A stretch of DNA of 64,000 bases, from NCBI GenBank assembly GCA_048940445.1, contig JBHLON010000004.1, positions 61,910 to 125,909 of the forward strand, in the 5' to 3' direction. The DNA comes from Promethearchaeota archaeon (GTDB lineage Archaea > Asgardarchaeota > Lokiarchaeia > Sigyniarchaeales > SOKP01). This document shows positions 39,200-50,503 of the stretch, one piece after another; position 1 is the stretch's first letter, and the number at the start of each line of letters is the position of its first letter. The translations under genes and the position numbers were made by a program. The notes under the pieces were generated by a model, which was not told the origin of the DNA, did not search any database, and was given only the letters and a program-made list of their open reading frames with translations.

Positions 39200-40279
39200 T
39201 TAATTATTTTTTTTACTTTTTCTTTTTCTTGATTTTCTGATATGGCTTTTTTTATATATGAAATGAACAACGAATCCAATTCCCACGAGACTTACAAGTA
39301 AAACAATAGAAAGTATTAATACCCAAAAGAAGTAAGAAATATAACTATATGCTAAGCTAGGTATTTTATATGTGTGACTTCCTTTCTCTAATTCATTATG
39401 GAGATCAAAAACTACTTCGTGGTTGAAATCTCGCTGAATATAAAGATAAATTGTTTGGGTTTTTAAATCAAAAATGTTAGAATATACGGTACCAATGTAA
39501 TCTTCCGTTTCTGGAAGAGATACAGCATTTAATATTGGGATTAAATCTTGTCGATTAATCTCTCCTTCAACCGAGAGTTCTTCAAGGCGGTTTGTAACTA
39601 GTTCGTATCTCTCACATGGATACCATCCTTGGGAATGATCTACAGGATTAAAATTCGTAGAGACAAGATAATCCCCCGTCTTGTTAGTAAATGCGATTCC
39701 ATGATCAGGAGTTGGACTGACAATAACAGCATTTCCTGTTCTATCAGCCCAATGAATTTGATTTCCCCACCATCCCCCCATATTATGAGTTTGATACCAT
39801 TCAATTACTTCTGAAACAGAACCACATTCTCTTAAAGTAATTTCCCAACACGAAATAGAACTCATTATAGGTCCAAGCGATGGTGAATAGTTTACAAAAC
39901 TAGCGGGGAGGATTCCATTAGCATCAAAACAAAGTCCTTCAGTATTAATTCCTCCGATTGCGAGTCCATCTATATCATCACCACCTGGTTCATTCCCATT
40001 AAAACCTAAAAACGCACAACCGTACATTTCCCCATTTGTTGCAGGAGAAAACCGTATTTCAGTATATCTCCGATTTCCGCTCTCATCTTCACTATTTCCA
40101 AAAAAAACATTGTTCTCGTCTGAAATTGTAAAGATTGTACAATTCATAGGCATTACATTCTCATCAGCTTCAACATTAGTAAGATAAGCACTATTAACTA
40201 TTATTATTCCTGTTGAGACAAATATTATGAGTATAAGAATTTGAACTTTGATGGGTAAATAACATTTTATTTTTTGCAT
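39200..40279 (-). CDS. Ntn-hydrolase (C45/C59-like), secreted and membrane anchored
   Basis: Signal segment then CTIF nucleophile, GNSED, GINTEGL, STNF, RY; C-terminal TM plus basic tail. Confidence 0.75.
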   Translation of the reverse strand: MQKIKCYLPIKVQILILIIFVSTGIIIVNSAYLTNVEADENVMPMNCTIFTISDENNVFFGNSEDESGNRRYTEIRFSPATNGEMYGCAFLGFNGNEPGGDDIDGLAIGGINTEGLCFDANGILPASFVNYSPSLGPIMSSISCWEITLRECGSVSEVIEWYQTHNMGGWWGNQIHWADRTGNAVIVSPTPDHGIAFTNKTGDYLVSTNFNPVDHSQGWYPCERYELVTNRLEELSVEGEINRQDLIPILNAVSLPETEDYIGTVYSNIFDLKTQTIYLYIQRDFNHEVVFDLHNELEKGSHTYKIPSLAYSYISYFFWVLILSIVLLVSLVGIGFVVHFIYKKSHIRKSRKRKSKKNN

Positions 40280-40344
40280 ATATTAAAATTATAAGAAGAG
40301 TTGATTATAAAAAAATACTAAATCAATATAATACTCATACTAAA

Positions 40345-41421
40345 ATGCAAGATAATGAAAAGGTATATCGAGATTTACAAAAACATCTCGATAAGATGCC
40401 TATTGGTTTCCCTTCAACCGAAGATGGATCTGATATAAAGGTATTGAGAGCTTTTTTTACACCACAAGAAGCAGAACTTGCCACATTTCTAGATTTTACT
40501 CCCTTACCTCTAAAAGATATTTATTCTAAGACTGTAAAGAGAGGCATGTCATTTAAGGAAACTCAAGAGAAATTGGATGCTATGGTAGAAAAAAAGCTAA
40601 TATCTAAGGAGGTGAATCCTAAAACTAATCAAATTTCATATGAAAATTTACCTTATGCAATAGGATTTTTTGAAACTCATGTTAATCGCTTATCTAAAGA
40701 AATGGCACAAGCAAGCGAAGACTATGGAGTACGGTTTATAAGAGAGTTTTTAGGAGAAGACACCGGTATTCCACAAATGCGCACAATTCCTATTAGTACG
40801 GCAATTTCTCATGAGAATATTATTATGGATTATGATAACGCACGAAAGATTCTTGAGAATGTAGAAGGCCCTTATGCAATAGCACCATGTGTATGTGTTC
40901 AATCCAAAGAGTTAATTGGAATTAAGTGTAAGCATGATTGGCTCGAACGGTGTATGGTGAATAGCCAAGAATATATTGATAGTGGTAATGCAAGGGAAAT
41001 CACTAAAAATGAAGCTTTTAAAATATTAGAAAAAGCAGAAGAAATGGGCTTCGTGATTCAACCAGGAAATTCCAAAAGTGCAAGCGGATTCTGCATATGC
41101 TGTGGATGTTGTTGTGGCATTCTCTCCCATGCTAAAAAGCTTGAAAACCCAGCTAGATTATTTAGTTCTAACTTTTTTGCTGAAGTTGATGAGCAACAAT
41201 GCACTGGATGTGGTACATGCGCACATCTATGTCCAATGGAAGCAATAAACACAAATGATATTTCATCGATTAACAAAGAACGGTGTATTGGATGTGGTGT
41301 TTGTGTGTCCAAATGCCCATCTAAAGCAATTAATCTTAAAAATAAAAAACAAACCATCGTTCCACCTGAAACATCTGCAGATCTAATAATAAAAATTGCA
41401 AATAAGAAAAAAAAGATTTAA
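40345..41421 (+). CDS. 4Fe-4S dicluster-domain protein
   Basis: C.C, CICCGCCC cluster, two CxxCxxCxxxCP motifs. Confidence 0.88.
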   Translation: MQDNEKVYRDLQKHLDKMPIGFPSTEDGSDIKVLRAFFTPQEAELATFLDFTPLPLKDIYSKTVKRGMSFKETQEKLDAMVEKKLISKEVNPKTNQISYENLPYAIGFFETHVNRLSKEMAQASEDYGVRFIREFLGEDTGIPQMRTIPISTAISHENIIMDYDNARKILENVEGPYAIAPCVCVQSKELIGIKCKHDWLERCMVNSQEYIDSGNAREITKNEAFKILEKAEEMGFVIQPGNSKSASGFCICCGCCCGILSHAKKLENPARLFSSNFFAEVDEQQCTGCGTCAHLCPMEAINTNDISSINKERCIGCGVCVSKCPSKAINLKNKKQTIVPPETSADLIIKIANKKKKI

Positions 41422-41430
41422 GATTAAAAT

Positions 41431-41949
41431 TTATATAGTTTTATATTTCTTTTTAAGTGCTACAATTGATACAATAGCTGATACAATGGCTAAAATTGAA
41501 ATGATGATGATTACATTATAACCAGGAATAAGCGCTGGATCAACCGTGAGTGTATAAGTAACTGTGGTATCTTCCTGATCAGGATCCTCATTTGAAAATA
41601 CGAAATAAAATGGTGGAACATTGTTTTCTTCCGACGTATCACAAACTGGCTGTCCTTGTACTGACCAAGAACCGGAATCACTAACATGATCTTCGGAGAC
41701 TATTGTACTCCAACCATGAGAAATATAACAACTCTCTGAATAACTATGTAATGTAATATTCACGTTTGGATTTGATCCTGAAAATGACCAATCGACTCTT
41801 AATTTTGGGTAGATTAGAACAGCTTCTTCTTCATTATATCCGAGAGTTTTACCGCCTGAAACTACTGAACATGTACCGTATGGAATAGCTAGGAGAAAAA
41901 AAAATCCTATGAAAAATAAAATGAAATAAATAAATGGTTTTTTTAGCAT
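41431..41949 (-). CDS. Surface protein with IPGY (Loki-CTERM-like) anchor
   Basis: Signal peptide; C-terminal IPGY + TM + KKK. Confidence 0.75.
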   Translation of the reverse strand: MLKKPFIYFILFFIGFFFLLAIPYGTCSVVSGGKTLGYNEEEAVLIYPKLRVDWSFSGSNPNVNITLHSYSESCYISHGWSTIVSEDHVSDSGSWSVQGQPVCDTSEENNVPPFYFVFSNEDPDQEDTTVTYTLTVDPALIPGYNVIIIISILAIVSAIVSIVALKKKYKTI

Positions 41950-42072
41950 TTTTTCATTCCTTTTTATTAATTTTAATTTTTATGGAAATTAAATCCACAT
42001 TTAAATATGTAACTTAATAATATTTAAATCAATAAGGACCGAATTTAGAACTATTTAATAACAAAAAAAATA

Positions 42073-42681
42073 TCAATCTTTTTGAAAAATATAAGATCCC
42101 CAATTCATTTCTATAAGATCGTTATCCAAATATCCTTTCCTAACAAAATTAAAGGAAAATTGATTTAGTATATGTTTTAATTGCTTGAGAGTGAAGAGAT
42201 ATATTACGGTTTCAATTTTTTCTTGTTTAATTATGTGTCTATTTAGCTTTTGCCCTTCTCCTTCCTGAATAATTAATTCTAAAAATCCCTTATTTTTTAT
42301 TAGTTGAGATAATGTCTCAAATAATTTAGGTAACTTTTCATAGGATATGTGTATTATTGATCCACTTGAAAAAACACCATCAAATAAACCTATACTTTGA
42401 TCAAGCTCAAAATAATCCTTTAATAAGAAAATACAATTAGGATTTCTTGCTCGAGCGATTTTTATTGATTCTGGACTAAAATCTACTCCTACCACCTCAA
42501 CACCTAAAGACTGTATCCTCATTGTCTCATGTCCTGGACCACATCCTAAATCCAAGATTCTTGGTTTAACCTTAAAATTAGATAAAAAATCTTTAATTGT
42601 TGGCATTAGAATTTCATTTGGATACCACTTTTCTGCTGTTTCTTCAGCTACTAAATCGTAAAATCTTCTTATTTGATCCAT
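42073..42681 (-). CDS. Class I SAM-dependent methyltransferase
   Basis: ILDLGCGPG, GVDFS. Confidence 0.9.
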   Translation of the reverse strand: MDQIRRFYDLVAEETAEKWYPNEILMPTIKDFLSNFKVKPRILDLGCGPGHETMRIQSLGVEVVGVDFSPESIKIARARNPNCIFLLKDYFELDQSIGLFDGVFSSGSIIHISYEKLPKLFETLSQLIKNKGFLELIIQEGEGQKLNRHIIKQEKIETVIYLFTLKQLKHILNQFSFNFVRKGYLDNDLIEMNWGSYIFQKD

Positions 42682-42899
42682 TTAGTCACCCATACTATTA
42701 AATTTTGAAATATCATTGTCTACTATTGTTTATTTAAGACTATTAAATTATAATTTCATATACATTTTTATAATTTTTATGGGTATATCTCTGCTTTAAA
42801 GTAATTCTACCCTAAATTTTCATTGAACTCGGGAAAAAGTTAGCTACTCTGATTAAGAATAGATTTTATCGGGTAAGTTTTATTATATGTAATATAATA

Positions 42900-44525
42900 T
42901 CATGATAAATTTCTGTTCAATAACTTTATTACGCTTTTTACACCCATTGTAGAAATATAGGAACCTAATTTAGGTCCTCGGTTATTATTTAGTAGTATTT
43001 GATATAATAATTTAAAAAAGTCTCTGGGCTTTATATGATTGGTTTTAGCAGTTTCAAAAATTGCCGTTTGGATAGATTCAGCATCTGTCATATTTTCAAT
43101 TCTTTCAATTAACATTTTTATAGCCACTTTTTGCTTATTAGATAATTTGATATTTTTTTCTTCTAAAGATTTGAAATCATCAACCCAATTTGATGTAAAA
43201 ATAATTCTATCTGCAATTTTGTCTAGAGCCGTATTCTCTTTTAAATAACCATATAATCGTAACCTTGATTCAATGAATTCTTCTCGAGCATTATTAGGCG
43301 CAACCGAAATAAGATTTACTAAAATATTATATGGGACATGAATTGAAGGTTGTTCAGGTGGCTTCAGATGCCAACAATATTCAAATAGCCCCAATAAACT
43401 TCTTTTGCGAGAGGGGTTCTTTTCTTTGATTCTACCAAAGTATATATCTTCTAAATCATCTAATTCAGTCATATAAACCGGTATATCAGCTACTGATAAA
43501 GTTCTAGTTCCTATCATCCGCTTATATGTTAAAAGAGCTAATGATTGGGATGAACCATACCTAAACCAATCTTGTGGAGTAAAAACATTCCCTTTTGATT
43601 TTGAGATTTTTGTTCCTCCCTTATCTAAAAACATTTCATACCTGGCATGAGCAGGTGGTTCATAATTGAAAATTTCACTACAAATTCTATCATTACATTT
43701 TACTGATTCTAAGATATCTTTACCATATGCTTCAAAATCTATTTGCAATAAATCCCACCTTGCTGCAAATTCAACCTTCCAAGTTAATTTTCCTTCACCC
43801 TTGGAAATATCTGACCAGCCATGATAATTACATCCTTCAAGAATTTTTCCTCTAATTTTTTCACCTTCACAGATATATTCGACTTTTCCTTTTTTTACAT
43901 CAAAATTTATGGCTTTAGTGGTATATATTTTACCACATCGCTGACATATTGCGTGGTAAGGGAGTAAATCAAGATATTTTTCTGAACCAGTAGTTTGTTT
44001 TATAATTTCACCTGCTAGATTTGCGTTAGCCAAGAGTTTAATAACTTTAGGTGCCATTTTACCGGAATTATATAACTCATGTGCAGATACAGGAGTAAAT
44101 TCCATTCCTGCTTTTTTTAGGGCATCAATAAGCAATAATGACATATGCTGTCCATAACTATCATGACAACCCCATAAATCAGGAATTATTGAGACAGGTT
44201 TTCCAAGATGTTCCTTTAATTTCGATGGTGTTCCGACTGGAACCTTTCGTAAACCATCCATATCATCAGCAAATGCTATAAATTCTGATTCTCTTCCTAG
44301 GTCTTCTAATGCTAATTTAAAAGCATAGGCTCTTGAAGCATCAGCAAAAGAACCAATATGTGGAAATCCTGAGGCACCTAATCCGCTTTCAGTCCGAATG
44401 ATCGATGGATGATTCCCTTTTAGACTATCTTTCCTATCTAAAACTTTGAGTGCTAATTTATCAATCCAAGTTCCTCGTCCAATTACTTCACTACTATCTT
44501 CCCCAATATTAAAATTCTCTGCCAA
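42900..44525 (-). CDS. lysS: Class I lysyl-tRNA synthetase
   Basis: SGFPHIGS, DGLRKVP, GKLTWKVEFAARW, KISKSKGN, GPKLG. Confidence 0.95.
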   Translation of the reverse strand: MAENFNIGEDSSEVIGRGTWIDKLALKVLDRKDSLKGNHPSIIRTESGLGASGFPHIGSFADASRAYAFKLALEDLGRESEFIAFADDMDGLRKVPVGTPSKLKEHLGKPVSIIPDLWGCHDSYGQHMSLLLIDALKKAGMEFTPVSAHELYNSGKMAPKVIKLLANANLAGEIIKQTTGSEKYLDLLPYHAICQRCGKIYTTKAINFDVKKGKVEYICEGEKIRGKILEGCNYHGWSDISKGEGKLTWKVEFAARWDLLQIDFEAYGKDILESVKCNDRICSEIFNYEPPAHARYEMFLDKGGTKISKSKGNVFTPQDWFRYGSSQSLALLTYKRMIGTRTLSVADIPVYMTELDDLEDIYFGRIKEKNPSRKRSLLGLFEYCWHLKPPEQPSIHVPYNILVNLISVAPNNAREEFIESRLRLYGYLKENTALDKIADRIIFTSNWVDDFKSLEEKNIKLSNKQKVAIKMLIERIENMTDAESIQTAIFETAKTNHIKPRDFFKLLYQILLNNNRGPKLGSYISTMGVKSVIKLLNRNLS

Positions 44526-44851
44526 TTATAAATCAACAATAAAATTTGATTCTATAGAAAATACCTACAATAAATCAATCACTTTTATGCTATAATCCTT
44601 ACTTTAAAGATTTTATTAAATTGAAATTTTCAAAATAATTTAGATTTACTTTAACCCTTAATTTCTTTAATAGTACCATTAGTAGCCATCGTAAATTTAA
44701 CCTTTTAAGGTTTACAAGAAATATTTCGCATTTATCCAGAATATTCTACTTTAAAATCTAATAAATTTTAAATAATCATTATTCATAATAAATTTTGAAT
44801 TCCAATTTTATAATAATAAATTAAAAATGAAATTGATGTTGTGATAAAATT

Positions 44852-45271
44852 ATGCCTCGTGCTGAAAGAAAAATAGAAATTAATGCACCTCCAGAAAGAG
44901 TTTATAGTATTTTGGAAGATTCATTAAGTTACCATATATGGAACATTGTCGTAAATGAAATCAAGGAAATCGGACCAGATAAATATTTTTCAAAAACTAA
45001 TATTGGAGATGTTACATCAACTATTAAGGAACGTGTACCAAATAAAAAGATCTCATCTACTCAGGAAGGAAGTCCAATGACTGCCTATGGGAATATTTTA
45101 GAGCCAAAAGGTGATGGAACTGGAGTTACTTTATGGGCAGAATTTGAAAAAGAAGAGAATGAAAAAATGCTCTTGAAAGCAGGTGAAATTTATTTAGAGA
45201 GTTTAAAAAGATATGCAGAATATCTTGAAGAAGGTGGAGATCCAAGTAAGTACGATAAAAAAAAGAAATAA
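44852..45271 (+). CDS. SRPBCC/polyketide cyclase-like protein
   Basis: IEINAPPERVY...W; GTGVTL; L..LK..E. Confidence 0.8.
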   Translation: MPRAERKIEINAPPERVYSILEDSLSYHIWNIVVNEIKEIGPDKYFSKTNIGDVTSTIKERVPNKKISSTQEGSPMTAYGNILEPKGDGTGVTLWAEFEKEENEKMLLKAGEIYLESLKRYAEYLEEGGDPSKYDKKKK

Positions 45272-45420
45272 AAATCAAAACAATCAGGTTAAATAGTAGA
45301 AAAAAATAAAGAAATCTTTCAATCTTATCCTAACTTCTTATTTTATTTTTTTCGTAAATTTACTTTATAATCTTGTTTATTAAGGTATATTACATTGAAA
45401 TCAGATGCTGTATTTTCCTT

Positions 45421-47736
45421 CTAAGACATATTTAGGAGCATTTTCAAAAGAAAAAGAGCCCCTTTTTTATCAAGAGGTTCATTGTTATTGCCGCACTTAG
45501 GACTCATTATACACATTGGGCATCCATTTGTACTTTTACAAGAACAAGATTCAACTAATTTATAGCTTACCTCTAATAATTGTTCAATATTTTTAAATAG
45601 CAATTCTGATATACCAATACCTCCTTTATAGGCATCATATATATAGATTACAGGTTGTTGTTTAATAGGATCAAAATCTATTGAAACCCCTCCCAAATCC
45701 CATCTTGAGATTTGCGCCAATGCTGGGGAAATTGCTATTATAGCATGTTCAACAGCATGAATAGTTCCACCGAGATCAAATCCTTTTAATTCTAGCTTTT
45801 TTTGATACTCAAATGGGATAGTGAACCAAAATGCTTGACTTTCAAACTCTACTACTGGAATGTTATCTAAGGGATGTCGTGAGAGAATTTCTTGAGTTAG
45901 AGTATCAATTACTTTATAAGAATAATATTCATGCTCAACTTTTACATCACCAAAAAAAGCATCTATTCTTTTCTCAGATCCTAAATTAGATTCTAATAAT
46001 ACTTTAAGTGGAGTAATTTCTGTATGTTTTAAAGATTGAGTGTAGTATTCCACATCAGTTCTCTTAAGAAAGACAATCCTCTCATTTAAGTCCAATTCTT
46101 CAACTACATAAGTTTCTGCTTCATAAAGATATACTGCTCCTGGATGTAGGTCTCTGAATACATAACTCTCATCTTCAACAGTTAATAGTTCCTCATGTCC
46201 ATTAGTTCTTAATATGACTTTATAACTTTTTGAAGTCAAATCATTTAACCCAAATTGTTCATTTGGGAAGAATCCTCCTCTCCAGTAATACTTATCCCCT
46301 CTTTTCATTAGAAGATTTTCTGATATCAATTCTTTAATAGAGTTTTGAAAAATCTCCATGTTTTTAATACCAAAAGCATTATATTCATCCTGTTTCACAG
46401 GAATTTCTTTAGAAGCACAGCAGAGATGATTTTTAAGAATATATTTATTATTGAGTGTTATTAATACATCTTCTTGAATAGGTCCAAATAATTTGTCAGG
46501 ATTATGGATATAAAATAAGTCAAGAGGATTTTGCATAGGGATTAAAGTGGAAATAGATAAATCTGAGCCCCTTCCCGAACGACCAATTTGTTGTCTGAAA
46601 CTAGAGATTGTACCCGGAAATCCAGAGCTAATAGTAGCTTCCAATGATCCAATATCTATACCTAATTCTAAAGCATTAGTGGAACTAATTCCTAAAATTT
46701 CCTTTTTTTTAAACCTTGTCTCTATTTCTCTTCTCTTTTTTTTACTTATCCCGGCTCGATAGCTCTGAATTTTATCCTTCAAGTGTGGGAGGGCTTTTCT
46801 TGTCCAAATAGCTTGTAATTCAGCCATTTTTCTAGATAACGTGAAATTCAAGGTTTGAATTCCACCTTTATAGGTTAGATGGGCAATAAATAAATTTTTA
46901 GTTTCTTGATGAGCAGAATTGTATCTATTTGATACACTATCATAGGGTAGGTCCCATAGTATTACTTTTTTGGGACCAGAAGGAGAATCATCCTTATCAA
47001 CAACAACAAATTCTTCACCGATTAATTTTTCACAGAACTCTTTTGCATTGTGAATTGTGGCACTCGATAATATCCAAACTGGTTTTACGTTAAAACTGTC
47101 AAGAATTCTCTTTAATCGTCTAATTAATAACGCAAAATTAGATCCGAATATCCCTCGATAAATATGGATCTCATCCAGAATAATATACTTTAAGTTTATA
47201 CACACTCTTCTCCAATTTTGTTTAAACCAAGGTAAATAGTAATGAAGTCCATAAGGATTTGTAATTAAAATGTTTGCATTTGCTAGTACCTTCCTTTTTT
47301 CATTTGATTCAACATCCCCATCATAAACTCCGACTCTTTGCTGTTTAATATTTGTATCTTCCAAAAATTTTATTAAAATACGATATTGGTCTCTGGCTAA
47401 TGCCTTTGTTGGGAAGACGTAAATCGCTGTAGTTTTTTCGTTATTTAATATCGCATCAAGAACCGATAAATTATAACATAAAGATTTTCCCGAAGCTGTG
47501 GAGGTCACAATAACAGTGTTTTTCCCTTGTCTGATATAATTTATAGCTTCTGCTTGATGATGCCATAATTTTATATTATTTATACTTGACAACCAACGTT
47601 CTAGTCTCTTGTTTAATGGTTTGTTTAATTTTTCATATCGAGATTTTAGTTCGGGAATATGTTCTATATGACAGATTTGATTAGAATAAAAGTCTTTTGA
47701 TTTGATGAAAGTGATAAAGTCGTCAAAATCAAACAT
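45421..47736 (-). CDS. DEAH-box helicase with C-terminal DUF1998 (Hrq1/MrfA/SftH-like)
   Basis: TASGKS, PTKAL, DEIH, SAT, ALELGIDIG, GRSGR, C-terminal C.C...GCP.C. Confidence 0.92.
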   Translation of the reverse strand: MFDFDDFITFIKSKDFYSNQICHIEHIPELKSRYEKLNKPLNKRLERWLSSINNIKLWHHQAEAINYIRQGKNTVIVTSTASGKSLCYNLSVLDAILNNEKTTAIYVFPTKALARDQYRILIKFLEDTNIKQQRVGVYDGDVESNEKRKVLANANILITNPYGLHYYLPWFKQNWRRVCINLKYIILDEIHIYRGIFGSNFALLIRRLKRILDSFNVKPVWILSSATIHNAKEFCEKLIGEEFVVVDKDDSPSGPKKVILWDLPYDSVSNRYNSAHQETKNLFIAHLTYKGGIQTLNFTLSRKMAELQAIWTRKALPHLKDKIQSYRAGISKKKRREIETRFKKKEILGISSTNALELGIDIGSLEATISSGFPGTISSFRQQIGRSGRGSDLSISTLIPMQNPLDLFYIHNPDKLFGPIQEDVLITLNNKYILKNHLCCASKEIPVKQDEYNAFGIKNMEIFQNSIKELISENLLMKRGDKYYWRGGFFPNEQFGLNDLTSKSYKVILRTNGHEELLTVEDESYVFRDLHPGAVYLYEAETYVVEELDLNERIVFLKRTDVEYYTQSLKHTEITPLKVLLESNLGSEKRIDAFFGDVKVEHEYYSYKVIDTLTQEILSRHPLDNIPVVEFESQAFWFTIPFEYQKKLELKGFDLGGTIHAVEHAIIAISPALAQISRWDLGGVSIDFDPIKQQPVIYIYDAYKGGIGISELLFKNIEQLLEVSYKLVESCSCKSTNGCPMCIMSPKCGNNNEPLDKKGALFLLKMLLNMS

Positions 47737-47900
47737 AATAACAATTTCAATAATGTACTATAAAAATTAAAAATTTCAAAGAGAGATGATTTATTCATTT
47801 CTGAAAAAGATAGGAATAAAGGTACTAAAATATAAATATCAAAACCCTTTAATGAGATTAAACGAATTTTATATAAAAAATTTAAATTTTATCTTAAATT

Positions 47901-48908
47901 ATGTCTGATTCTGAGTGGCACTACCTAGATTTCCAAGAGTTTATTAATAAATTTAATAAAAAGATCGTAATTGATTCAGCACCAACCATATTATATTCAA
48001 AAAAAGATAAAGAACCCGAAGCCTATAATGCCTTAATTGCTTTTTTCTTTATTGCTGGATTTATACTCATCTATATCTCATTATCTATAATCTTCATTGA
48101 CTTCTATTTTAATCTGATATTACTTTTAGTGATAACGGTAATTGCAATACTTGCTGCAGTAATATTATTGATAATTTATATACGATCAAATGTTAGGATT
48201 AGACCAATTGAGTGTTGGATAGAAATATATGAAATTCCAATCGGAGTGTCCGAAACCCATTATTGTTTTTCTTATTATCCTGTTTTTTCTGGCAAATCTC
48301 ATCCAAATAAAGCTAAAAATCTTATATATAAACTTTATCAAGAATATCTACTTGGGAGTAAAATTGATATCACACAAATTGAAATTTATTTGAAAAAAGA
48401 GCAAGAACACCCCAATAAATTAAAAATTGTAGGTTACTTTTTCCAGTACGGAGAAGGAAAGCCTTTTAAAAGTGAAAACATTGATAGAAATTCTTGGAAA
48501 TTTTTTCTATATAATAAAAATCTTAATAATAATTTTCTAGCTATCGCAAACTGGGATCACCAATTCGAATGGAAGAATGATTTAGAACTTGATTATGACA
48601 AATTACACGAGTATGCTCCTTGGGTAATAATGGCTTGGAATGAGACTAACTTAAAGCCTTTAACAGAACATTACAAGCGAAATTTAAATTGGGATTTAAG
48701 ACAGATTGAATCACTGCCTAAATTAAAACCTTGGTTAGGCAATTTTGAAACTCAAACCTTTGAAAGCTTTAAATCTTATAAAGATCTTCAATTTATAAAT
48801 GAAGCTATAGAAAGTGTAATCGGTTCTGATAAACAAATAAGTAGATTAAGAGATTTAAAAGATTATTTGCCAAGGATAAAATCTTTTTTTAGAGATTTAA
48901 AGCGTTAA
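47901..48908 (+). CDS. Hypothetical membrane protein
   Basis: Two TM helices near the N-terminus followed by an aromatic-rich soluble domain. Confidence 0.7.
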   Translation: MSDSEWHYLDFQEFINKFNKKIVIDSAPTILYSKKDKEPEAYNALIAFFFIAGFILIYISLSIIFIDFYFNLILLLVITVIAILAAVILLIIYIRSNVRIRPIECWIEIYEIPIGVSETHYCFSYYPVFSGKSHPNKAKNLIYKLYQEYLLGSKIDITQIEIYLKKEQEHPNKLKIVGYFFQYGEGKPFKSENIDRNSWKFFLYNKNLNNNFLAIANWDHQFEWKNDLELDYDKLHEYAPWVIMAWNETNLKPLTEHYKRNLNWDLRQIESLPKLKPWLGNFETQTFESFKSYKDLQFINEAIESVIGSDKQISRLRDLKDYLPRIKSFFRDLKR

Positions 48909-49057
48909 TAATTTTTCTTCTTAAAACTGTTCATTATAAATCAAGTTAAGAACTTTTTATTTCCCAAAAGATTCAGAAAAATTCATAAACATTATAGTTC
49001 TTATAATTCTTATAATTATAGATTAAAGAATAAATGCTTTAAAGATGAAAAGTAATA

Positions 49058-50404
49058 ATGGAAATATTACAAGCGACTGACAATTTAGAAATCGAAACTA
49101 ATAAGATCTTTTATGATAAAAAAACTGAAGTATTATCTATCTACATTTATGATTTTGTCTTCATTGGAAATTACAAAAAGTCAACGAGATTAAGCAAAGT
49201 ATTAGATGATTTACATAATTCATTTGGAGATATTTCACGATTGTCTCGTGAAAATATCTTTATCGTGGACTTTGTTACTCACAGCCCAATAAAAGAAAAC
49301 ACGAAATTGAAGAATCTAAAATTAATGTCAAAAAGAGAAATTGAGAAAAAGAAGGAAAAGCCTTTAAAAGAGAAAAAACTAGCACCCCTCGAAGATAAAG
49401 AAAGAAAGAAAGCGAAAAGAGCAGCTGAGATTAAATCAGAGGTAAAAGAGGAGATAGTGGAAAAGTCTGAGGATGTTGAATTTAATTTTGAAAATGAAGA
49501 AATATTATCTGAAGAATTAGAAGAAGAAGCCTATTTTGGTGAATCTAGACGTATGCGGGAACCAGAACCTAAGCCTTCTATGGCTCCAGCTGCTCCTAAA
49601 GCTGTTCCGCCACCACCTCCCGGAGCAGGAGCTGCTCCTGCGAGAGCTTTAATGGATGATGAGGAGGCCGTAGCAGGTTTAATTGCTGAGCCTCCTAAAC
49701 CAACTGTATATGAAATCAATATGGGACTCCAGTATTATTCTGTAATGATGGAACAAATGAGTTATTTGTTTTATGTTTACTTTTCTCATAAAGAATTGAA
49801 AATTGTAGATGAGGAGGGTAAAACTATATTTGAAACGACTATTAGGATTGAGACTCTCAAAAAAGAACCTCCTATACTAAATTTGAGGGTGGAAGGCGAA
49901 GGTTTTGAAGTACACCCCTTTTATGGGCGTGTTGAAGTAAAGAAAGATGCCGTGAATCCTCCAGTCATGATCTTTTCGATCTTACCAATTAAAAACAAAA
50001 ACAAAACAAAAAAGGAAAAAAAAGAAGGAGAACGCCGATTTTTACATGTATATATTGATTATGAAGAAAAAACGATCAATCACACAATCCTCTCAATAAT
50101 CGTACAACCTAAACATTTTCACTTAGATATAGGACCTATACATCTAAATGTAAGTAAAAAGGTAGCAGTTACAATTTCATTTTTGTCCATAATCGTGGCA
50201 GTTGCTTCTTTAATTTTCACTATTTTTTCTGTTGATACTTCTTCCACATTTGTAGATGTGGTTACAAACTTTGCTCCAGGATTAGGATCTATAGTTTTTA
50301 TTGCAATTTTTTTAATTACACTCTTCAAGGAAGGTATCTATCCTCTTAAAGAAAAAATCAGTTATTTTCTGAATTTCGATAGAACTGGGATGTTAATAAA
50401 ATAA
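49058..50404 (+). CDS. Hypothetical protein with charged/proline-rich linker and C-terminal TMs
   Basis: 448-aa ORF; K/E-rich region, APKAVPPPPPG, two C-terminal TM segments. Confidence 0.75.
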   Translation: MEILQATDNLEIETNKIFYDKKTEVLSIYIYDFVFIGNYKKSTRLSKVLDDLHNSFGDISRLSRENIFIVDFVTHSPIKENTKLKNLKLMSKREIEKKKEKPLKEKKLAPLEDKERKKAKRAAEIKSEVKEEIVEKSEDVEFNFENEEILSEELEEEAYFGESRRMREPEPKPSMAPAAPKAVPPPPPGAGAAPARALMDDEEAVAGLIAEPPKPTVYEINMGLQYYSVMMEQMSYLFYVYFSHKELKIVDEEGKTIFETTIRIETLKKEPPILNLRVEGEGFEVHPFYGRVEVKKDAVNPPVMIFSILPIKNKNKTKKEKKEGERRFLHVYIDYEEKTINHTILSIIVQPKHFHLDIGPIHLNVSKKVAVTISFLSIIVAVASLIFTIFSVDTSSTFVDVVTNFAPGLGSIVFIAIFLITLFKEGIYPLKEKISYFLNFDRTGMLIK

Positions 50405-50503
50405 CTTAAAATTTTTATTTTTTAATTTAAAAAAATTAAGGATTAGCTATTTATTCATTTTAGAATTAATTTTGTTAATCAAAACTTAATTAAGAGGATA
50501 AGA

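Noticed and set aside
45421-47736. DUF1998 helicase as part of a DISARM/Druantia-type defence system
   Set aside because: It is a single fused Hrq1/MrfA-type gene with no methylase, PLD or other defence neighbours; a repair helicase is more likely.
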